In this document: positions 48,402 to 57,129 of the stretch, one piece after another
Position numbering within the stretch: the first letter of the stretch is position 1
Layout: each line of letters starts with the position of its first letter
NCBI GenBank assembly: GCA_021781955.1
Contig: JAJXVV010000004.1
Location: 1,739-65,738, forward strand
Reading direction: 5' to 3'
From: a bacterium
GTDB lineage: Bacteria > Patescibacteriota > Minisyncoccia > Phycocordibacterales > UBA2100
DNA: 64,000 nucleotides
Translations under genes and position numbers: made by a program
The notes under the pieces: model-generated
Seen by the model: the letters and a program-made list of their open reading frames with translations, nothing else
Database searches by the model: none
What the model was told of the DNA's origin: nothing

Positions 48402-48446
48402 ACGCTATGGCGCGCCGGCGCTCGTTCCTGCCGGCTTCGCTACGAA

Positions 48447-48839
48447 TTATTTAGAACGCTTCGCGGTCTTTGCTTTTGCGCGGGTCGCGACTTTCTTCGT
48501 TTTGACCGGCGGCGTCATGAGCGCGATAAGTCGTTCGAGCTTTTCGTTAATGCCATGGAGTTCCGCTTTTACCTCTTGCATCGAACGATCGTCGCGCGGA
48601 GGCTGCGAGAACGGGGGGCGCGCCGCGAATTCGCGGCGCGGCGCGCGATCGGACGGCTCGTGCTTGGCAAAGCACTCTTTGCAATAGACAGGCTTCTTGC
48701 CGTTGGGACGGAACGGGACCTCGCACGCTTTGCCGCACGAGCTGCATTCGGCTTTGAACAGGTGCTTGGGCGCACCACCAAATCCGCCCCTGTGCGGAAA
48801 CGGTTTGCGAGGAAAACGAGAGCTGCGATAGTCAGGCAT
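48447..48839 (-). CDS. CxxC-x17-CxxC zinc-ribbon protein
   Basis: CSSCGKACEVPFRPNGKKPVYCKECF, then coiled coil and basic tail. Confidence 0.88.
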   Translation of the reverse strand: MPDYRSSRFPRKPFPHRGGFGGAPKHLFKAECSSCGKACEVPFRPNGKKPVYCKECFAKHEPSDRAPRREFAARPPFSQPPRDDRSMQEVKAELHGINEKLERLIALMTPPVKTKKVATRAKAKTAKRSK

Positions 48840-48857
48840 ATATTTTTATTAAGGATG

Positions 48858-48896
48858 ATTATATCATATCCCGTGATTGCATGCAAATCGGGATAT
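48858..48896 (-). promoter_or_regulatory. Sigma70 promoter overlapped by an inverted repeat
   Basis: Minus strand TTGCAT-N17-TATAAT with TG extension; ATATCCCG/CGGGATAT palindrome around TTGCATGCAA. Confidence 0.7.
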
Positions 48897-48923
48897 TTGA
48901 CATACGACCCGATGCGTGTCGTA

Positions 48924-48994
48924 CTGGGGGACTTGGATTCGAACCAAGATAAACGCCTCCAAAGGGCGCTGTCCTACCATTAGACGATCCCCCA
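48924..48994 (-). tRNA. tRNA-Gln(UUG)
   Basis: Acceptor TGGGGGA/TCCCCCA, anticodon loop CTTTGGA, T loop TTCGAAT. Confidence 0.94.
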
Positions 48995-49078
48995 CTGCTG
49001 CGTTGCCAGCACCCGTAGCATACGGTGCTTTGCGAGAAATTCAAACTGCTGCTTTCGCCCCGAGTATGCGAAGCTCGG

Positions 49079-49552
49079 TCAGATCGTTGAGACATCTACG
49101 ACGCGTCTCGACCGCATCCAAAAGCTCGCGAGGTACGCGAGAATGAAGAAGATGAGGCCGCGAAAACAGGGCGTGGTGAGCGGATTTGCATTGGGCGCGC
49201 ACACGAGCGGCACGCCGAAGCTGAAGATATGGAAGTAATCGGCGCATTCGTATCCCATGACGACCGCCGCGAAGATCATGCCGAAGAGGAGCAATCGCGA
49301 AAGCCAAACTTCACTGCGCGCGCTCGATCGCAGATGCAACGCAGACGCCCAGAAGAACGCGCCGAGAAATGCGAGCGAACCATAGAGACACGGCGTAAGG
49401 AACGGGTTCGTCACCGTACCCTCGCTCACGTGCAAAAAGGTGCCGAAGGTCGCATAGAAAGCGCGGAATTGCACGATGAGCGCCGACCACGAGGAAACAA
49501 CCCCCGCACCGAGAATGAGCAACCGCGCCCATGAGGCGACCCGCGCATTCAT
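49079..49552 (-). CDS. Four-TM hypothetical protein with duplicated NPxxTPCxxG motif
   Basis: NPFLTPCLYG and NPLTTPCFRG; TGcTACAAT 6 nt before ATG. Confidence 0.7.
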   Translation of the reverse strand: MNARVASWARLLILGAGVVSSWSALIVQFRAFYATFGTFLHVSEGTVTNPFLTPCLYGSLAFLGAFFWASALHLRSSARSEVWLSRLLLFGMIFAAVVMGYECADYFHIFSFGVPLVCAPNANPLTTPCFRGLIFFILAYLASFWMRSRRVVDVSTI

Positions 49553-50604
49553 ACCCGCATTGTAGCAGGCGCGCAAAGATCCATGATCGCGAGCTCGAGC
49601 GGCAGGTGCGGCAGCACGGCGTAGGCCATCTGCGCGTGCGCTTCGAGGAGCGCGCGGAGCGCGTCGGAGTTGAGTCCGGCACTTTTGACAAGGCTTTTGG
49701 CGAGATCAAGGTCGGCATCGGCGAGATCTTTCGCGAGCGTGCCCGCGAGGTCGGGTGCGAAACGCAGGAGGAGTACGACGCGCATGCGTTGCATCAAGAG
49801 CTTGGCGAGGATGCGCGCATCCACATTCTCGACGACCGCCTCCTCGACCACCGCGAGCGCCCCGGCGGCGTTCTTTTCGGCGAGCGCTGAGAGAATACGG
49901 CGCACGAGTTCGCCTCGCGGCGCACCGGAAACCTCCTCCACGTCGGCGAGCGTCACCTTTTTACCGGACGCGACGGAAAGCACCTTTTGCAAAATGGAGA
50001 GCGCATCGCGGAACGATCCCTCGGCCAGAAGCGCGACGAGATCGCTGCCCGCGCGCTCAAGCTCAAAGCCCTCGCGTACCGCAACATCGACGACCGACTC
50101 CGAGAGCGTCTCGCGCGTCGGCTGTTTGAAAGTATAAATCTCGCAGCGCGACTGTATCGTATCCGGCACCTTGTCGCGCTCGGTTGTCGCCATCACGAAG
50201 ATAACGTGCGCGGGCGGCTCCTCGAGCGTCTTGAGGAACGCGTTCCATGCGCTCTTCGAAAGCATGTGCGCTTCGTCGATGATGTAGAAGCGGTACGGCG
50301 ATTCGAACGGCAGCACGTTGACTGCCTCACGCAACTGCCGGATGTTGTCGACGCCGGTGTTCGACGCAGCGTCTATCTCGTACAGGTCCTTGTCGGAAAC
50401 CCCGAGACTCTTCGCGAGAATGCGCGCGACGGTCGTTTTGCCCGTGCCGCGTGGCCCGGCGAAGAGGTATGCGTGCGCAGTCTTTTTATTCTTGATGGCT
50501 TTTTGCAGCACGTCGGTCACCTGCCCTTGCCCGCGCACGTCCGCGAACGTTTGCGGTCGGTAGGTGCGGTACAGCACTCCCCCTTTCGCCCCATTTTTAT
50601 TCAT
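49549..50604 (-). CDS. dnaX: DNA polymerase III gamma/tau subunit (short)
   Basis: LYRTYRPQTF, GPRGTGKTT, EIDAASN, IIDEAHML, SRC. Confidence 0.96.
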   Translation of the reverse strand: MNKNGAKGGVLYRTYRPQTFADVRGQGQVTDVLQKAIKNKKTAHAYLFAGPRGTGKTTVARILAKSLGVSDKDLYEIDAASNTGVDNIRQLREAVNVLPFESPYRFYIIDEAHMLSKSAWNAFLKTLEEPPAHVIFVMATTERDKVPDTIQSRCEIYTFKQPTRETLSESVVDVAVREGFELERAGSDLVALLAEGSFRDALSILQKVLSVASGKKVTLADVEEVSGAPRGELVRRILSALAEKNAAGALAVVEEAVVENVDARILAKLLMQRMRVVLLLRFAPDLAGTLAKDLADADLDLAKSLVKSAGLNSDALRALLEAHAQMAYAVLPHLPLELAIMDLCAPATMRV

Positions 50605-50631
50605 GGCGACAGTATACAAGAAAAGCTCGGC

Positions 50632-51591
50632 TTATGCGGCTTTGTGCAAGAGCCGCTGCGCGTCCGCGACCGAGACGGTCTCCATGAGCCGCACGCGCAA
50701 CTCCTTGGCATCGTGCCAGCCAGAAACATAGGCTTTGAAATGCTTCTTCATGACGGCGAAATTGACGCTGTCGCCCAAGAGCTCGTCGAAGAGCTCGAGG
50801 TGCCGCGCGAGCGCCTCCAGCCGCTCGCGCGGCGAAGGTTCGTCTTTTCTATCCGCAAAAAGCCATGGATTCCCGAAAGCGGCGCGCCCGAGCATCACGC
50901 CGTCGCAACCGGTCTCCGCGACCTTCGCTCGCGCGTCAGCAAGACCCGTCACGTCGCCGTTGCCGATGATGACGGCATCGGACCCAAGTTCGTCGCGCAG
51001 CTCGACCGCGCGCTTCACCCGCTCCCACCGTGCGGGCACGAGCGACATCTCTTTGCGCGTGCGCGCGTGGAGCGCGATAGCCGACGGCTTCTCGACGAGC
51101 AGCTCCGGCAGCCACGATTCAAGTTCATCGGCGTTGTACCCGAGACGCGTCTTGACCGAGACCGGCAAACCGCCCTGTTTCGCCGCCCCTATCATCTCGC
51201 GCGCGAGCGCAGGCGTGCGTATCATCGCGGCGCCGCAGCCGCTCTTCTCGATCGCGCGGTCCGGGCATCCCATGTTGATGTCCACGCCATCGAAGCCGAG
51301 TTCGGCGACGAGCTTGGCCGCCCGCGCCATATGCTCCGGGACTGCGGTAAAAAGCTGCGCGACGATGGGGCGTTCCGCTCCGGAGAAAAGCAGCTTTTTC
51401 AGCAGCTTTGCTCTCCCCTTTTCGGGCGCGAGCAGCAAGCCGTCGGCCGAGGTGAACTCGGTGTAGAAGACGCGCGGCACGTGCGGTGCGGCGTGCGCCG
51501 CAATGAGCCGCCGGAACGCGGCGTCGGTGACGTCCTCCATCGGCGCGAGCGCGAAAAAAGGTCGTGGCAGCGTGTGCCAGAACGTATCCAT
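50632..51591 (-). CDS. tRNA-dihydrouridine synthase
   Basis: LAPMEDVTD, DINMGCP, SVKTRLG, HART, GNGDV. Confidence 0.94.
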   Translation of the reverse strand: MDTFWHTLPRPFFALAPMEDVTDAAFRRLIAAHAAPHVPRVFYTEFTSADGLLLAPEKGRAKLLKKLLFSGAERPIVAQLFTAVPEHMARAAKLVAELGFDGVDINMGCPDRAIEKSGCGAAMIRTPALAREMIGAAKQGGLPVSVKTRLGYNADELESWLPELLVEKPSAIALHARTRKEMSLVPARWERVKRAVELRDELGSDAVIIGNGDVTGLADARAKVAETGCDGVMLGRAAFGNPWLFADRKDEPSPRERLEALARHLELFDELLGDSVNFAVMKKHFKAYVSGWHDAKELRVRLMETVSVADAQRLLHKAA

Positions 51592-51609
51592 GCGGGAACG
51601 ATAGCACGC

Positions 51610-52671
51610 CTAGTGCGCGATGCTCGTGGACGCGCTCCCGCCATAGAGCTTGTAGTACACGCGATTGCCAAACCGCAGATCGATGTACTGCAAGCCGCTC
51701 AGCTGCCCCTGGAGCGGGCCAGACGAGAGTACAAGTTGCAGGTTCTTCACGAGTGTACCGGCATCTTCCCCGAACGAGGCCTTGACCATGAAGCTCGAGG
51801 AAGCGGCCGTATCGGTGATCTCGACGGAGAAATCGGTGTCGTTCTCTACCGCGACGGTCGTGGGCGTAAAGCCAGCCTGTCCGAGCGTGGTCAAGAGCGA
51901 TACGAGCGATGGGAGATGCGTGAGCGCGAAGATCCTGCCGACGGGACTCCCTGGCGCGGTCGCCGCGACGTACGGACTCGTGCTCGTCGCGCCGGAGAGT
52001 CCTCCCTCAAAACGGTATTGGGTAGCGGGGATCGACAAACCGGTCGCGAGTGCGTAGAGAAACCCGCCCGCATCCATTTCGTAGCACGTGGCGGCTGGTA
52101 CGCTCGGCTGCGCTAACATGGCGCCTGGGAGAGTAGGTACGGTACTGCTCGCGGCGCCTGCCGTCTGCGGGGACTCGCACCAGAGCGCAAAGGGCGTGCG
52201 CTCGATTACCGTGACCGTGAGCTGCGTCGAGATCGCCGTATCGCGCGAAAGATGCGCAGACGCGATGCGCGGAAAGTACGAAACGATGTCGGATTCGATC
52301 GCCGCGCGCGGGTACAAAAAGATATTGCGGCGCGAAAAGAAATGGTACGTGCCGTCGTCGAGGATCGAACGCACGTAATCGGCAATGACTTGCGGTGGCA
52401 CGTGTTCGGCCCCGACGACCGTGACGCTCCGTATCGTGAACTTCGGCAGATACGAAGCGTAGTGCGCACCCCACGCGAGCGCGGCGACGAAAACGAGCGT
52501 GCCTATCGCGAAGATGAGGCGTACGCGGCGGCGGCGCGCCCGGAGCGGAAGCGGCCTCGTGCGTTCCTCACGCGGCGGACGGGGAGCGGCCGGCGCAGAA
52601 GTGAAAAGCGACCGCTGCCCCTGGAGCGGCTTACGGGAACGGGCATGCGGCCTCAGATCGATCACTCCCAT
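51610..52671 (-). CDS. FtsQ/DivIB-like cell division protein
   Basis: Basic stretch plus TM, POTRA-like domain, ER.P, C-terminal YIDLRFGNRVYYK. Confidence 0.75.
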   Translation of the reverse strand: MGVIDLRPHARSRKPLQGQRSLFTSAPAAPRPPREERTRPLPLRARRRRVRLIFAIGTLVFVAALAWGAHYASYLPKFTIRSVTVVGAEHVPPQVIADYVRSILDDGTYHFFSRRNIFLYPRAAIESDIVSYFPRIASAHLSRDTAISTQLTVTVIERTPFALWCESPQTAGAASSTVPTLPGAMLAQPSVPAATCYEMDAGGFLYALATGLSIPATQYRFEGGLSGATSTSPYVAATAPGSPVGRIFALTHLPSLVSLLTTLGQAGFTPTTVAVENDTDFSVEITDTAASSSFMVKASFGEDAGTLVKNLQLVLSSGPLQGQLSGLQYIDLRFGNRVYYKLYGGSASTSIAH

Positions 52672-52722
52672 ACCTGTGTTATGAGCTAACGCAACGACTC
52701 GTCTCGGCGCGCGCGATCCGGC

Positions 52723-54012
52723 TCATTGCCGCGCGATCACCTCTTTACCCATGAAGCCCTGCAGGACCTCGGGAATGCGTATCGAGCCGTCCTTTTGCTG
52801 GTTGTTCTCGACGAGTTGACAGAGGATGCGCGGCATCGCGAGCGCGGTATTGTTGAGCGAATGCGCGTAGCGCAAGGTGCCACTTTCATCGCGATAACGA
52901 ATATTGAGGCGGCGCGTTTGGAAATCATGGAAGTATGAGGATGAGTGCGTCTCGCGGTACGTCTGCTCGCTCGGCATCCATGCCTCGATGTCGTACTTTT
53001 TCACCTGCCCCAAACCCAGATCGCCGCCACAGTTGACCACCACGCGGTACGGGAGCTTCAACTCCTGCAGAAGATTCTCTGAATTTGCGGTGAGTTCTTC
53101 GTGCCACTTGACCGACTCCTCATGCGAGGCTTCGCACAGCATGACCTGCTCGTACTTCACGAACTCGTGGATCCGGAAGATGCCCTTCGTGTCCTTGCCA
53201 TGACTGCCCGCCTCGCGGCGAAAGCACGGAGAGAACGAGAAGAATTTGATCGGCAACTGATTCTTATCGAGAATTTCGTCCATGTAGTAGCCCATCGTGG
53301 CGACCTCCGCGGTACCGGCGAGGTATTCGCCGTCCTGCGTTTTATAGAGATCTTCCTCGCTTTGAGGCAGGTAGCCGGTGCCGACAAAAGGCTCGCGGCG
53401 CACCATAGAGGGCACGATCATCGGCGTAAAATCCTTCTGCGCGAAACGCGTCTGCACGAACTGCTCGAGCGCCCACACGAGCCGCGCGCCGTCGCCCTTG
53501 AGGAAGTAGCCGCGGAAACCGGCGACTTTGGCGCCGCGTTCGTAGTCGGCCATGTCGTGCATGAGGAGGAGTTCGCTGTGCGGCTTGGGCTCGAAGTCGA
53601 ACTTGGGCGGCTGCCCTCCCACGCCGGAGGCGGGCGACCATTGGCGCACTTCTTTGTTGTCGGCATCGCTTTCGCCTTCGGGCACGGAGATGTCCGGGAC
53701 GTTGGGCACCTGCAGCATGAGCGCGCGCCACTCCTTCATGACCTCTTGCATCGACTCTTCCGCGAGCCTCAAGGTCTCCTTCACGACCTGCATGCGCGCG
53801 ATGACATCTTGCCGTTCCAGGTCGGTCTTTGCGGATGCGATCACGATCGACGCGTTGTTCTGTTCGGCACGCTTCTCATCGATCTGCGCCTGAAGCAGCC
53901 GACGCCGATCATCGAGCGTGATGAGTGTATCGATATCGAGCGCGATATGCTTTTTCTTCGCGCCCGCAGCAACAATGTCCTTGTTCTCCCGGATGAACTT
54001 AACGTCCAACAT
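52723..54012 (-). CDS. serS: Serine--tRNA ligase
   Basis: MLD.KFIREN, GTAE, CFRREAGS, KKYDIEAW, HSLNNT. Confidence 0.97.
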   Translation of the reverse strand: MLDVKFIRENKDIVAAGAKKKHIALDIDTLITLDDRRRLLQAQIDEKRAEQNNASIVIASAKTDLERQDVIARMQVVKETLRLAEESMQEVMKEWRALMLQVPNVPDISVPEGESDADNKEVRQWSPASGVGGQPPKFDFEPKPHSELLLMHDMADYERGAKVAGFRGYFLKGDGARLVWALEQFVQTRFAQKDFTPMIVPSMVRREPFVGTGYLPQSEEDLYKTQDGEYLAGTAEVATMGYYMDEILDKNQLPIKFFSFSPCFRREAGSHGKDTKGIFRIHEFVKYEQVMLCEASHEESVKWHEELTANSENLLQELKLPYRVVVNCGGDLGLGQVKKYDIEAWMPSEQTYRETHSSSYFHDFQTRRLNIRYRDESGTLRYAHSLNNTALAMPRILCQLVENNQQKDGSIRIPEVLQGFMGKEVIARQ

Positions 54013-54026
54013 GTTACGATACTACC

Positions 54027-54893
54027 ATGAAAGATGGGGTCATACAGCTCGCTCCCGCGGAATTTCCTCCGCTGTTGCGCGAGATTGCTGACGCCCCCAA
54101 GCAGCTGCACGTGCGCGGCACGATGCCGAGCCTTGAGAAAAAGTGGCTCACGGTCGTGGGCTCACGCGCGATGACCGCGTACGGCAAGCAGACGGTACGG
54201 TATCTCATCGACGGCCTGCGCGGCTACCCCATCGTCATCGTCTCCGGGCTCGCCTATGGCGTGGACGCTGCCGCGCATCGCGCCGCGCTCGATGCTGGCC
54301 TCGCGACCGTCGCCGTGCCCGGCTCTGGGCTCGACTGGGACGTTCTGTATCCGCGAGGGAATGTCGCCCTCGCGCGCGAGATACTCGCTGCAGGCGGCTG
54401 CCTCGTGTCGGAGGAAGAACCAGGCACTCGCGCCGCCGACTGGACCTTTCCGCGCCGCAACAGAATCATGGTCGGCCTCTCGCATGCAACCCTCATCATC
54501 GAGGCGAAGGAGAAGAGCGGCTCGCTCATCACGGCGAAGCTCTCGACCGAATACAACCGCGAGCTTCTCGTCGTGCCCGGTTCGATATTCAGCGAGGAGA
54601 GCAAGGGCACGCACCAATTCCTCAAGCTGGGCGCCTCGGCAGCGACATCCTCCGAAGACGTCCTGCAAGCCCTCGGCATCGCGAAGCGCGAAGGCGCCGC
54701 CAGGTTAAACGAGCTGCGCGACGACCTTTCCGAAGAGGAGCGGCGCGTGTTCGACATTCTGCACGCGCCGGTGCCACGCGACGCGCTTTTGGATGAACTC
54801 ACGTTGCCGATCACCGAGGCCAACGTGCTGTTGAGCACGATGGAAATTAAAGGCCTTATCGTCGAAGAACTGGGCGTCGTCCGCATCCGATGA
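54027..54893 (+). CDS. dprA: DNA-protecting protein DprA
   Basis: VVGSR, VSGLAYGVD, FPRRNRI, SGSLIT. Confidence 0.95.
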   Translation: MKDGVIQLAPAEFPPLLREIADAPKQLHVRGTMPSLEKKWLTVVGSRAMTAYGKQTVRYLIDGLRGYPIVIVSGLAYGVDAAAHRAALDAGLATVAVPGSGLDWDVLYPRGNVALAREILAAGGCLVSEEEPGTRAADWTFPRRNRIMVGLSHATLIIEAKEKSGSLITAKLSTEYNRELLVVPGSIFSEESKGTHQFLKLGASAATSSEDVLQALGIAKREGAARLNELRDDLSEEERRVFDILHAPVPRDALLDELTLPITEANVLLSTMEIKGLIVEELGVVRIR

Positions 54894-54947
54894 ACGCCGC
54901 ATTCGTTTGACATGTGTTAGTGTGATGAAGTATTACTGCGTTCCGAT

Positions 54948-57128
54948 ATGAAATTGGTAATCGTAGAATCACCCGCGAAAGCGAAGACCATCGAGAAGTA
55001 TCTTGGCTCGGGATACGCGGTGCGCGCTTCCGTGGGCCACATACGCGACCTTCCCAAGAGCAATAAAGACGCCGTCGACGTGGCGGGCGGATTCGTACCG
55101 CGCTACCAAATCGTGAAAGAAAAGCAGAAGGTCATCGGTGAACTGCACCGCGAGGCGGGTCGCTCCGACGAAGTGATACTCGCGACCGACCCCGACCGCG
55201 AGGGCGAGGCTATCGCGTGGCATCTCGCCGAGACGATCGGGCTCAAGAAGCCCAAGCGCATCGTCTTCCACGAGATCACCGAAAGCGCGGTACAGGATGC
55301 TCTCGCTCACCCTCGCGGCATCGATGAAGAACTCGTGCGCGCACAAGAAGCTCGCCGCGTGCTCGATCGCCTCTTCGGATACGACCTCTCCGGCCTCATC
55401 TGGAAAAAGGTACGTTACGGCCTTTCCGCAGGCCGGGTGCAATCCCCCGCGCTGCGCATCCTCATGGAGCGCGAGCGCGAGATACGCGCGTTCGTGCCGG
55501 TGCCGTTCTGGGTATTGACCGCGGACCTCAAAAAGAAAGGCGGCAAGACGTTCACCGCAACGTGCATGGAAGAGCCGACCGAGAAGAAAGAGGCAGAGCG
55601 TATTTTACAGGCGGCGCAGAGCGGCGCGTGGATCGTCAAGGCGATAGAGGAAAGCAGACAGGCGCGGAGCCCGCGCGCGCCGTTCACCACCTCGACGCTC
55701 CAGCAGACCGCCTCCACCCGGCTCGGCTTCTCCCCTTCGCGCACGATGCGGGTCGCGCAAAAACTGTACGAAGCGGGATACATCACCTACATGCGCACCG
55801 ACTCGACCAACCTGGCGAAAGAGGCGCAAGCCTCCATCATCAATGTCGTCCGCAAAACGTACGGAGACGAATACGTCGCGCCGCGCGTCTACAAAACCAA
55901 GAGCAAATCCGCGCAGGAGGCGCACGAGGCGATTCGCCCGACCAACACCGCGAAGCCGAGCGCTGGCACAGGCGATGAGCAGCGCAAGCTCTACGAGCTG
56001 ATACGCGCCCGCGCGCTCGCCTCCCAAATGGCCGATGCGTCGGTGATGCGCACGAAGATCATCGCCAACGTCGAGAAAGGCGGCATCCCTGATTTCGCCG
56101 CCAACGGCTCGCGCGTCATGTTCGACGGCTGGCTCAAAGCGGATCCCGCGGCTCGCGGCGAGGACGTCGAGCTCCCGGCGGTGAAAGCGGATGACGCGCT
56201 CGAACTCATCGAGGCGCGCTCCGAAAGCAAAGAGACCCAGCCGCCTCCTCGCTACTCCGAAGCGGGATTGGTGAAAGAGCTTGAAAAGCGCGGCATCGGC
56301 CGGCCTTCCACCTACGCCTCGATCATCAAGACGCTCGAAGATCGCGGCTACGTGGAAAAGCAAGGGCGCACCCTCGTGCCGACTTACACCGGCGATGTTG
56401 TTTCAACCTTCATCGAGCAGAATTTCGGCGACTACATTTCCGACACCTTTACCGCCGAAATGGAAGACGAGCTCGACCAGATTGCCGAAGGCAAGCGACA
56501 GTACGAGAAAACGCTCAAAGATTTTTACGGCCCTTTTACCAAAGCGGTGAAAGCGAAGGCCAAGATACCCAAGATCACCGGCATGGGCGACGCACCGGCC
56601 GAATTCCCCTGCCCCATCTGCGGCGGCCCGATGGAATACAAGCTCTCTCGCTCCGGCCGCTTCATGAGCTGCAAGAAGTTCCCCGATTGCCTCGGCGCGC
56701 GCAAAGAGGACGGCTCCGAGATCGCGCCGCCCAAGGAGATCGGCGAAGCATGCCCGCAATGCAAGGACGGGAAGCTTATCGAGCGCGAGGGACGCTACGG
56801 CCGCTTCATCGCCTGCTCGAATTATCCGAAATGCAAATTCGTGAAGAAGGATCCTGCCGAGGAAGAGCGCGCCAAGACCGGCGTCGCCTGCCCCATTTGC
56901 CAAAAAGAGGGGCGCAGCGGAGGCGAGATGATAGAGCGCCGCGGACGCTTCGGCCCATTCTTCTCCTGTTCCAACTATCCCGACTGCACATACATCATAA
57001 AATCCCGACCGACCGGCCGCACATGCGAGCTCTGCGGCTCGCTCATGATGGAAGGCACGAAGACGATCCCTGAGCGCTGTTCGAACAAAACGTGCCCCAA
57101 CCACAATCCGCACAAGCTCGCAAAATAA
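54948..57128 (+). CDS. topA: DNA topoisomerase I
   Basis: IVESPAK, DPDREGE, SAGRVQS, ITYMRTD, C-terminal zinc ribbons. Confidence 0.97.
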   Translation: MKLVIVESPAKAKTIEKYLGSGYAVRASVGHIRDLPKSNKDAVDVAGGFVPRYQIVKEKQKVIGELHREAGRSDEVILATDPDREGEAIAWHLAETIGLKKPKRIVFHEITESAVQDALAHPRGIDEELVRAQEARRVLDRLFGYDLSGLIWKKVRYGLSAGRVQSPALRILMEREREIRAFVPVPFWVLTADLKKKGGKTFTATCMEEPTEKKEAERILQAAQSGAWIVKAIEESRQARSPRAPFTTSTLQQTASTRLGFSPSRTMRVAQKLYEAGYITYMRTDSTNLAKEAQASIINVVRKTYGDEYVAPRVYKTKSKSAQEAHEAIRPTNTAKPSAGTGDEQRKLYELIRARALASQMADASVMRTKIIANVEKGGIPDFAANGSRVMFDGWLKADPAARGEDVELPAVKADDALELIEARSESKETQPPPRYSEAGLVKELEKRGIGRPSTYASIIKTLEDRGYVEKQGRTLVPTYTGDVVSTFIEQNFGDYISDTFTAEMEDELDQIAEGKRQYEKTLKDFYGPFTKAVKAKAKIPKITGMGDAPAEFPCPICGGPMEYKLSRSGRFMSCKKFPDCLGARKEDGSEIAPPKEIGEACPQCKDGKLIEREGRYGRFIACSNYPKCKFVKKDPAEEERAKTGVACPICQKEGRSGGEMIERRGRFGPFFSCSNYPDCTYIIKSRPTGRTCELCGSLMMEGTKTIPERCSNKTCPNHNPHKLAK

Positions 57129-57129
57129 T

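Noticed and set aside
49987-52116. 709-aa + strand ORF, and similar long ORFs at 7334-8977, 10867-12186, 27072-28478, 38567-39781 and 58293-59723
   Set aside because: Antisense or alternate-frame shadows of well-supported genes; expected in GC-rich DNA; no recognisable motifs
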